Of a stretch of DNA of 64,000 nt, positions 12,690-23,200 are shown piece after piece. A program made the translations under genes and the position numbers. Positions within the stretch are counted from its first letter, which is position 1, and each line of letters starts with the position of its first letter. The DNA comes from Amoebophrya sp. A120 (Eukaryota > Protista > Dinoflagellata), in NCBI GenBank assembly GCA_905178155.1, contig CAJINV010000007.1:4110265-4174264 (forward strand), given 5' to 3'. Under the pieces are notes generated by a model. That model did no database searches. It saw nothing but the letters and a program-made list of their open reading frames with translations, and was not told where the DNA came from.

Positions 12690-15230
12690 TCGTGTATTCC
12701 GTCCGAGAGAGGGAGATCATGCCCAAGGACTACAATGCTCCCGACCATATCCGAACGAACCACTACCAGAGGGAAGTGGGTAGAAGGGAGAAAATAACCC
12801 ACGAGCGGTTCAACGCGCTCGGCACAAGCCACCACAGCGAGAAGCTGAAGGAAGAGCCCACGTTGACGCCCAAGCAGTATCCACTGCAATAAAAGTATAA
12901 TGTTCGGCGCTCGTAGTACTAGTAGGTGTAGGAGTAGCTGCAGTCTGGGATGATCTTCATGACAGAGCAGCTTATAATCTCTCTGCTTGTTTCCTCGGCA
13001 TTACGTACATTTTTCATTTTTTGTGGCAAGATCTACAGCTCGCGCGACTATACTTTTGCAATGCATAAACGGCAGGAAGAGTTCGCGAAGACGATGAAAG
13101 AGCCGCTTTACAAATTCGACTGGTATCCAGGAAAAGAACTGCGTTAGTGTAGCTCCTCTGGGGATAAACAGACAGCATGTGAATATACAGCAAAAAACTT
13201 GTCATGCGCAATTCGTAGTACATGAAAGATCGTGTGAGACTAGCGCTTGCTGCATGTGCATGTCCAGCTCCTGCATGACAAGTGGTATATTCGTGTTTTG
13301 CGTGTTTCAGTCAGCATTATCTGCAACACAAAGTCAGACTTTTATTCACACAGTTCTCTCCTTGCATAGCTGGACAGACAACTTCAAAGACCCACATTTC
13401 ATCGTCCTACCCACTGTGAATGTGTCTGGGTCTGAAATCTTGTGAGGCGACTGTGTGCATGAGAATGAAACAACCTCCAACACAGCACTGCGCACGAAAA
13501 GTTTTCTGCGGGAACCGCATGACAAATGCAAATCGCTTTTTTGCATGCACGACAATTTTTTTGGATTAAAATGACTTTCTGAGTCCTGTCGTCCAATCAC
13601 GAACAAGTTCCAGAGTACCTGGACATATTTGCATTTGATAGCGCCCAGGAAATAACAAAACAGCGTACTTTTTTAGTGTTTTCCAATGAAATTATTTTTC
13701 TCAGTAGAAGATAGCAGCTAGAGCAAATTATTCCTATTCAGCAAATAAGAAGATTACAGGGACGAAAAAGAACAGGAGTAGGTCGCGGGACAATCTAGGG
13801 CTTAGAGTCGAACAGATTACAATCATCAGAAGATAGCAGTAGCGCACCTGTGCATTGGCTGGATGTTCTCGACGATGGTTGCTGAAAAAGCTGTGTGAAA
13901 CACGTAAATGCTCTTTACTGTTGTCACTACAGATACAAAGCGCAATGGCAATACAAGACGCCAGCGGACCTGATTCCCAAACCAGACTTGAGCAAGATGA
14001 AGATGATATCCGAGGGCACGACTCCCCCTTCGTTTTCCACGTCGAAAACAGAAATATTGAATGGTTTGCCTCTTGGCACTTTTTCGGAACAAGTTATTGT
14101 CTAGTGCAAAGACGACCACGACGACGACGCTCCTGCAGTCGTGCGAATTCGTCATGCAGAAGCGGCAACTGCTTGTCGACGCTGGCTTGTATTCATTTTG
14201 CTGTTCTTGTTCATGCCCTACTATAGATAAGGGGGGCGAGGAGGGGGGGGAGTTGTGCCCTTTCATAGATGAAGCCGCAATACTACCCAAAAAACATGCT
14301 CGAGATGAACCTACCAAGAGTGAAACTGTACACGAAGATATGCATATGTTTTGCTTTTGCTTTTGTTTTGCGATGTAGTCGTGAAAAACATGCGACCATG
14401 ACGACTACACTTTCTGTACTCTTTTTGGAAAATTTGAAATATTGTTGATAGAGACTGGGACCTTCGAGTGGAGCACTCTGCTAGAGATGCTGCAACAGGA
14501 GGTCTTCATTATTTTGAAATACGTAAAAACTCAGCTACGGTATCGACCCAGTACACTACGACAATCCGCAGCACTTCGACATGAAAATACGCAATTGCAA
14601 CCTGCTTCTGAGGCTGAGACATCACATCAATTGCGCAACCTGATTTATCGAAGAAGAAGATTACACGTATATCCGTGTGTGGAATTTGATTTTTTCATTC
14701 TTGCATGACTGAAGCAGGCGTGAACGACGATCGGTCTTTGAATCGTGCAACTATGATCATTTTCGTTGTCGCCACCCTCATCATAGGATACCTGTGATCT
14801 TCGTACTTTCTTGGGCTATCAGATGATCCTTTTGCCTATGGAGGTTGATTTTTGCTTGTGCATAGAGAAACTTTTACGGTGCGGCACCTGCTCCGCCCAA
14901 GACCGTAACAAAGTCAGCGCTGAAGTGGACCAGTGAAGAGCAATGGAGTACTTACTTATAATTTGTTCGTGATAAAAAGTTGTTCTTATTTTTTATCGAT
15001 GTTATTTTGACGCAGAGCCTGCAGAGCACAATCAAAGATGGAGGATGGCGACAAGAACTCAAAAAAAAAAAAAAACAGATAACCCGTTTAACCGCAGCAC
15101 GTACAAGATAACTGGGAAACCGATTGCCCGGGAAGAGCGGAGCAACAATCTGCCACCTCTGTAGAGGCCGACCACACGAAATTAATATCCGGAGTAAGTT
15201 TATTCCGATTCGTCCCGTTCGGTTCCCGTA
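12690..15230 (+). CDS. Fragmented multi-exon gene of unknown function; true start and end uncertain, probably begins further upstream
   Basis: Removing introners joins ...EEPTLTPKQ|QEEFAKTMKEPLYKFDW|TDNFKDPHFIV|PGNNKTA and ...PDLSKMKM|KPQYYPKNMLEMNLPRVK. Confidence 0.5.
12878..13067. mobile_element. Introner family E, degenerate
   Basis: TATCCACTGCAATAAAAGTATA...TATACTTTTGCAATGCATA; diverged TSD AGCAG/AACGG. Confidence 0.65.
13124..13368. mobile_element. Introner
   Basis: TATCCAGGAAAAGAACTGCGT...ACACAGTTCTCTCCTTGCATA; TSD ACTGG/GCTGG; flanks read GTAT...ATAG. Confidence 0.75.
13408..13640. mobile_element. Introner family C, degenerate
   Basis: TACCCACTGTGAATGTGTCTGGGTCTG...GGACATATTTGCATTTGATA; TSD CGTCC/GCGCC. 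Confidence 0.65.
14007..14267. mobile_element. Introner family A, diverged
   Basis: TATCCGAGGGCACGACTCCCCC...GGGGGAGTTGTGCCCTTTCATA; TSD GATGA on both sides. Confidence 0.8.
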
Positions 15231-17261
15231 GTACAATGCCTACAGATAGATACAGGATCTGTTCTACAGTTGCGGTGTCTGGGTCTGTCACATTGAAAGC
15301 TTGTCTCCACCAACTCCATCAATCCTATTCAGCATGAAATTACATCGTGACAAGCTGACGCTAGAAGCTGAGAAAATTTGTGATGCTTGTACGTGTCGCA
15401 GTGCGGTACCACGGGACTAAATTTGTATTGCATATATCTGGTGGAAACTTCCAGGCATCCAGGGGAGCAAGATGTGCACCAGTTTCACTTTTCAATTTAG
15501 CTTCCATTCTCTGTTTTAGCAGGACCGCTATGCAAGGCAAAAGCATCGCACTGGTAAAAGTCACATGATGTTGGCGTTGTTGACTTTTCAAAAAAACAAG
15601 GTCTGAAAGATCTCGGAAAAAGAAGATGCATCCATATAATACCAGTGCGATGCTTTTGCACTGGATAACCATTTTTACCGTTTTTACATTTCATAGGACT
15701 TAGATTAACAGAATGCACAAATGAAGCCTTTCTTTGGGCTGCACTCTCATTTTAGCGATTTAGGCTGTTCTGCGTGCCTTCGCTACGATGTCATGTGAGG
15801 ATGATGAATTTAACAGTGCTTGAATGTTTAAGATTATGTTTCTTCGCCGCCGCGAATGTTTATGTTTCTCTCTTTCTCTTGTGTTTCGAGATGGTCATGG
15901 TGCTGTCACGATGAAAATGCGAATATAATCACCAGTACAGCAACTAGGTCTAGGTGCACGACGACGACCAGAGCAAGAACTGCAGCTCCAGATAGAACAC
16001 ACTGGAGCTCTTCGGAAGTGTTTCATCTTGTCAACAGCAAAGCCGACCTGGCTCTCTGGAGATGACCTGGTTCTTGCTCGACTAAGTAATAGAAGAAATG
16101 ATATACTTATATCAGAAATGTACATATACTGTGAGGAGCAGGAACGATGGTGCTCCTTCTTCAGATTTTGATTGTATCTAAAACTCGCAAAGATGAAACC
16201 ATCACCGTTGTAAAATATTTGACGAGCTTAGATTACCATGCCGCATCAAAAACGAAAAACGTCGAGGCAGCCGTGGTTATCTTTCTCATGTCACCAGGTG
16301 GGGGTCCGGTGCTCCCGCGGCCGCTCCAGCACGGCATGGTCGATTTAACGTGTGATGTCAACAAAACGCAAGTGTATAGTATCGTGTTCGCGCATTGTCG
16401 TTTTTCGTTTGTGCAGCTCGTGCATTTTCCCATCGGAATTTGTTTTTTTTTGTTACATGACGCCGCTGGTGAGCACACAACGATTTTGGTACAGCCACTC
16501 GGTTAACGCGATGACCGAGAAGCAGTCTTTCCGCCATCATGATCAAAGATCCATGTAGTACGTCGCGCTACTTGAGTGGTTCTGGTTATCTCGAGCGAAA
16601 AGTACGTAGTGGGGCAGGAGTTCTTGCGAATGTTACACGACCGTAGTATGTTCTCGCGTACTACCTCAAGTGAAGGAAATGCTGTTTTTTTTTTCGAGTG
16701 ATTTTGTTTCACGGAGGACTTGGACTTTTTCACCTTACTGGTGACCACATAAAAAGGGCTGACAGGAGCGAGGGGCGATTTTAGCACTTCCGTTCGCAAG
16801 TTCAATCATTATCATCCGCATTTCTTCGTTCGTTGAATTGCCTTCGTGTTTAGTCTTGGTTCTACCAGTGCTAGTGGCCACGCACCGCCGGGAAGGTCGT
16901 GGCTCTTCCTGACGAACGAAATTTTTTTACTTTACGTACAAAGCGGAGTAGCAATAAGTCACTTTCGCTCAACATGTCTTGAACTCGAACTCGTAGAGTT
17001 CTTCTTTGCGTAGAGGGATTTTTATTGAAATACCGCTAAAGAAAAAAGGTGAGTAATCGCGTTTCCACCTTGCCGCATGTCTACAAACAAACAAAAGAAC
17101 AACTCGTAGAGTCAAAAACAACATGTGGCGATTCCTTTGCCAGAGGATGCGAGTAAAAGAACTTAGGAATTGATATTATAAAGAAAGATGCTGGATGAAT
17201 ACAACAGTTGAGTACCTATTATCCAGTTTTTAACAAGACGAACCCCTGCTGCATCGGCGCT

Positions 17262-20200
17262 ATGGCATCGCAAAGCTCGTTATGCGTTGCAAATATGTGT
17301 TGGTCTGGAACAATGCTAATGCAACTTTTCATGCTCCTAAATCTGGAGCATGCAAAAATCTGTGTTGCATGATCACCAAAAGCTATCTACTTTTGACCAA
17401 GTTGAGGGAGTTTCGCAACATACAGGCAGGATAGACATGCGAGGGGCATCTTCTCAGTCCTCTCACAGTATCTGTTTGTTATGCTATGTCGTGCATTCCA
17501 GATCTCATGGGTCATGCAAGAAGAGCTGCATGGCACCAGACAGAGACACGTTTGCATTTGAGACTCGTGGGAGCCGCTACTCCTTTCCGACACGCCGCCT
17601 CCACAGGAGCCGAGATGTCCAGAGGATCGTAATGTTTTTATAGTAGTTCTAGTTTTGGATACTGGGACGAGTACATGAAGATTTTCATTTACGCAATCAA
17701 GTTTTTCCCGAGTGGTTCGTTTCTGAGATCTACTTTGCTGCATGAGTCGCATGTCTTTTCTTCACAACAGAAACGGGCATGAAACTGAAAAAGAAATAAC
17801 TGAGATAATATACATCCATAAAAACCAAGTATAGAAAATGAAAATTGGAAATGATGATCCATCGGCCATCGCAATACTCCCGTAGCTAAGGAGTTCAAGT
17901 TGAGAAAATTTCACGAAAATTTCCCGATGCAGATGTCAATCAGGGTGTATCAACTGCAAACATGTCTGGACCCGGAAGTAGAAATCGACTTGATGTCATA
18001 CTCCGCTAGCATGAATCTCAAGCCTGTCATGCACGTCACCCAAACGCCCCATTTTTCTGCCATGATGCAAAAACGCAGCTTCCCATGCAGGATAGTTAGA
18101 CAATGACAACACTGACAAAGCACCTCAGAGCCTTGTCATGCTGGAGCGTGAATTGTGGCAGGAGGCGTCCTCAAGACTCGCCAACCAGCATCACGAGTTT
18201 CCAAACCCAGACGCTTTTGCATTTGATAGGGAGATGGGGGGCCAGTTGATTTGTTATCCGACCGCCGCATCTCGCCATAATTGCGCAAACGGAACCCCTT
18301 GCTGCATCTATTTGCAGAAGAAACCGGACCTTCGCTTCTGGAGTCACTGTAATTATAACCACCGCTTTTGCATGGAATCACAATCAATTGTTCCTCAAGA
18401 GGAACTTTGTCTTGTAAAAAAACGGCAAAAAGTTCCTGGAGCGATCATGACGATTTTCCACAACTCGACAGCGGTTCTTATGGCAGTCTCAAAGGCTACA
18501 CCCTCGACTACCATACGACTTTTCATGCAAGGCTAAGTTCATTATCGTTATCCACAACGTGAAGGTGGCTCGCATGACAAATTCTTGAAGGGGTAAATTA
18601 ATAGCATGGAAATCCGTTCCAACTTTGTATACGCAACAAGAAAACATCAAAACTGAATGCTCCCGGCCAATATTTCTATCCTTGTTGCGCCACAAATTCA
18701 TGCAACAGTTGAAAGTCTGACCTTTGAGAATCCCATAGCTCTCGGTCTCAGCGAAGCTTGCAAATCTGCAGCTGGTCGAAGAGGTAAACATAGCTTTTTC
18801 ATGTTCTGCTTCTGATAAATAAAAGCGCATAAATCATAAATATTACGTAACTCGCCGATCATAATTGTAGTACTACACGTTCTTTCCAAGAGGACCCTCA
18901 TTTGGATATGTGCATGCCTGGTCATGAAGATTCCGCATACTCATTGCAAAAGTATCTCTATCTTCGTAGAAATAACACTATGACTCCTACGGAGATTTCA
19001 TCTTCAAGTTGAAAAATCTCATACGTCATTGATTTGCTTTGCTGGATGATGGCAGGGCATGGATGATTGAAGCTGTATTCGTCTTCATGCAGTTATTCCA
19101 TCTAGTGGGAACTACCGGAACTTACTACGATAATATTAATAACGGTGACGATATTACTTTCCTCGCAGTTGATCATACTGCAAAGAAGGCGGCACTTTTC
19201 TGCAGGCCGAACGACGCGTGGAGCGCGCGGAGCAGGGCGCACAGGAGAGATTGGAGCGATTCAAAGAGGAGTATCGTGAGAAAGAAGTGTTTCATTGTAA
19301 GGATTTTGATGCATGATTTGCATTACAAGTTCGCTACGCATGACAAAGCAGACTTGAAAACACGTTTTAAAGCACAATGTCTTACATATGGAGCAAGACA
19401 AATAATGCGTCTGTGAGTGTTGCACTTTCATATGCATCATGATCATAAGTTTCCAGCGAAGCATTTTTTTCTTCCGATAAACCGCAGCTTCTCTCGAAAA
19501 GATGCAGCCACGCAAAGTGCTCATCTTTTCAACTTTGCAAGCTATCAAATTTTGAAAAGATGCTGCTTCTGCATCTTTTCAAATTTTGATAGGTGGCTCC
19601 TCACTCTCCAAATTTTGAAAAGATGCTGAAGGAAACATCTTTTCAAAATTTGACAACCCGAACAACGCAAGTATCAAATTTTGAAAAGATGCTCTTTCTG
19701 CATCTTTTCAAATTTTGATAGGTGGCTGCTCACTTTCCAAATTTTGAAAAGATGCTGAAGGAGACATCTTTTCAAAATTTGACAACCTCAACAACACAAG
19801 CACTTGCTTTGTTGAGGTTGTCAAATTTTGAAAAGATGTCTCCTTCAGCATCTTTTCAAAATTTGACAACCTTTTTGACAACCCCTTCGATGAGGTTAAA
19901 AAAGAGCTCATTAACTTAAGCTATTCCCCACGGTATGGTGGATTTTGATAAACCTCTTTGACAACCCCTTTGATGAACCTAGACAGAGAATTGCTGACGA
20001 GAGTCCAAGGCTTTAACTTGCGCTCCTGCTGGCGGGTCGCCAGATGATAAGCAAGGCCGTGCCTCTGGCGACACCTGTTTGCTTGCCTCTTTTGTGGCTC
20101 CGAAGATTGCGAAGATGCCCCCTCGGCAAGTTTGCGAATTTTGAAAGCCACGCAGAAGAGTAGGCTGCTCACCCTTTCCGCGGCTGTCGAAATTTGAAAA

Positions 20201-23200
20201 GATGCGTTGGTAGCATCTTTTCAAATTTTGGAAGCCACAGAAGACTGAGCTGACCTCCCTTTGCGTGGTTTCTCAAATTTGAAAAGATGCTCCCTCGGCA
20301 TCTTTTCAAATCCTGAAAACCACAGATCAGCCAGCTGCCCTCCTCGTCTGCGGCATGTCAAATTTGAAAAGATGCTCCTTCAGCATCTTTTCGAATCTTG
20401 GCAACCTCAGGACAGAAAACGGATCGGCTCTTCTGCGGCTTCGAAGATTGAAAAGTTGCTTCTTTAGCATCTTTTCAAATTTTGAAAACCACAGACGAGT
20501 AAGCCGACCCCGTCTTCTGCGGCTTCAAAAATTGAAAAGATGCTCCTTCAGCATCTTTTCAAATTTTGAAAAGCACAGAAGAGCAGGCGACCCTCCTCTT
20601 TAGGGCCTTTTGAAATTCGAAGAGATGTTCCTTCAGCATCTTTTCAAATCCTGGAAACCACAGAAGAGTAAACTGCTCGGGTCTCTTGTGGCTTCGTTAT
20701 GGAAAAGATGCTCCTTCAGCATCTTTTCAAATTTTGCAGGCCAAAGGCCACGCGCTTCAGATTTGACAAGTTGCTGAAAGGGCATCTTTTCAAATCTCAA
20801 GAACCACAGGAGAGCACAGCAGCTTTTTCGTCTGTTGGTTTTCAGATTTGAATAGATGCGCCCCGAGGCATATTTCCCCGCTTCAGCCGCATCCACATTT
20901 GAAAAGGTTGCGCCATGAAACACGAGCCACCTCGTCAGGGGTTGCTCGCTCCTCAGGTCTCCCGGATCTGTCGACCCCTTTGGCTTCTCGGACAGCTGTG
21001 GTCTGTGCGCGCCTCCCTATTCTACCGAGACCTCCCATTCCAGTTGACTTTTCCGAGTTTCCCAGCCTACGCCGCCTGTCCTCATTTTATTGGGTGCGCG
21101 CCAAGTCCTGAACCGCTAGGGGTTTGGGAAGCTGCGCAGAAGATGCGGCGGGCGTTGTTTCCGAATCAGGCCCAAGCCAGGCCGGGGCTGATAAGAGGGG
21201 AGGCGCAGCCTTTCGCTTGGCTGCGCCTTGTCGAAGGTAAATTGGCCAGGGGCATTTTCCGCGTTTGTCGCTATTGCCGGGCGCCTTTCCTTACCTGCGC
21301 AAGCAGAGGCGCGCTCAGGGTCCATGGCCTCATATGATTGGGAGGCCCGTTTGGGTGGATTTTCTCTTTGGGGTGTTTGGCTTGCGTTTCTGCCCCGGGC
21401 CTCGGGGCAGAAATAGAACAGCCCGGCTTGGCGCGTTTGCAAAGGCGGACGCGCAGCCGCCATCGAAGAGGCGCTACGCGATAATCGGCGAGGGCGCCGA
21501 GCAATCAACTGGCCAAAATTTGAAAAGATGGGCGAAAAGGTGGATATTTTAGGGCCTTCACATAAGTTTCCAGCGAAGCATTTTTTTCTTCCGATAAACC
21601 GCAGCTTCTCGGTGGGCGGCGTCTGGCCTTATGGACTTCTCAAACGTTACATTGTCAACTGTAGTTACACGATTTTGTCGTGATTCAAAATCACTATCAA
21701 CATCGCCACGATCTTCAAGCTACTTCGCATGACAAATTTTCGACGCGTTAAATAGCACTAGAATCCGCGCCAAATGTGTAATGCAAGACACGCAAGGACG
21801 AGAAGGAAAGGATCTCCCTCTCAGTCTAGCCTGTGCTATTCTTGCATGACAAATCATGTAACAGTTGAGAATGTAACGGTTGAGAACGCCATAGGCCTCG
21901 AATTGCTCTTCGGATCGTGGGCCACTGAAAACCGTTATGACAGTGCACAACTCCCCCTCCCCCTCATTTCTCATGCAAAATACCCAATCCTCCCATTGCC
22001 TCTTGGCACTGTTTGCACTACAAGTTTTGATAGCCCAAATAGCACTACACTCCACGACTCCAGTGCAGCTTTGTCATGCAAAACCGGCATTCTTGCTGAT
22101 GCTTGTATTGCCGTTCATGCTATACAAATGAGGGGGAGGGGGAGTTGTGCACTGTCATAACCGTCTCCGTCGGCGGGTACGGTTCCACGAGACCGATGTA
22201 CGTATTCCCTGAACATTAACCATCCCCATCCAGTTTGTCATCGCAAAACTGCATGTAGTAAATTCAATGTGTGTAGTAGTCATGCAGAAAATGGATGGAG
22301 GTGGTTGATTTTCAGGGAATAGTACGCGCATGACCCGTATGTGGGCATGTCTGCCAACGAGAGACTGGACATAATGACCCGGAAGATCGCCCACGCAGTG
22401 GGATCCCGCCCAGCGAGGGAATACTCCTGGGAGACCAACAGCGAGAATTCGCAGGGAATGTTTGCACCCTCGGAGTCGGAACGGAGCAGCATACACCGCG
22501 AACCACCTCGACAGATCGCGTCCCATCGGAAGCAGCCGCGCGAGATGGTATGGGAAGAGGGCATATGGATTGCAAAAATGTCTGGGTCTGGAAGAATGCA
22601 GATGTTTGTCATGCTGCTTTTGCATGACATAAATATAGAGATGAAAAAGGTGATCTTCCCGCGTGTTCTTATCCCTAAGAAAAATCGCGCCATACCGTCG
22701 CGATTCGTGGGCTTTTTTTATTCTAGGCAAGGCCTGGCCTGTCTGAGGCTAACAAAAGCGCCACCGCCCAGGGCTATCCAAAGCCTTCGCCGCGCATCAT
22801 CCAGAGGGTCGCGCTTTCGTGCTTAGCGCAGCCCCAGCTCATGCGCCAGGGAACGCTCTGCACACTGACAGAATAACCGCCGGCCACTGAGTCCAAGTTC
22901 GCGCGCCCGGGCGCGAGCTGATGCCCCACCCAAAGAGCCCCCCCAAGCCGGGGCTACGCCGGCGGTCGCACCGGGCCGCGGCAGTGAGTGTGCGCGCCCA
23001 CTCGTCTCTCTTTGTGTCAGGCAGCAGATGATGGCCCCTCCGGTGTTGTCTTTGGTGCCTGCGCCGTGCCGTCGGTCCTAAATTAGGACCGGTGGGGCGC
23101 TGGCTCCATAAAATGATACGTATATGGCTATGGGACCACGTCCACGAAGCAAAGACGGTGCTTCAGCTGCGCACGTTCCCGCTCGTGCATAGATAAGAAC

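Noticed and set aside
19545-20910. CRISPR-like regularly spaced palindromes
   Set aside because: The spacers resemble each other, the repeats are degenerate, there are no cas genes, and the context is a eukaryotic intron
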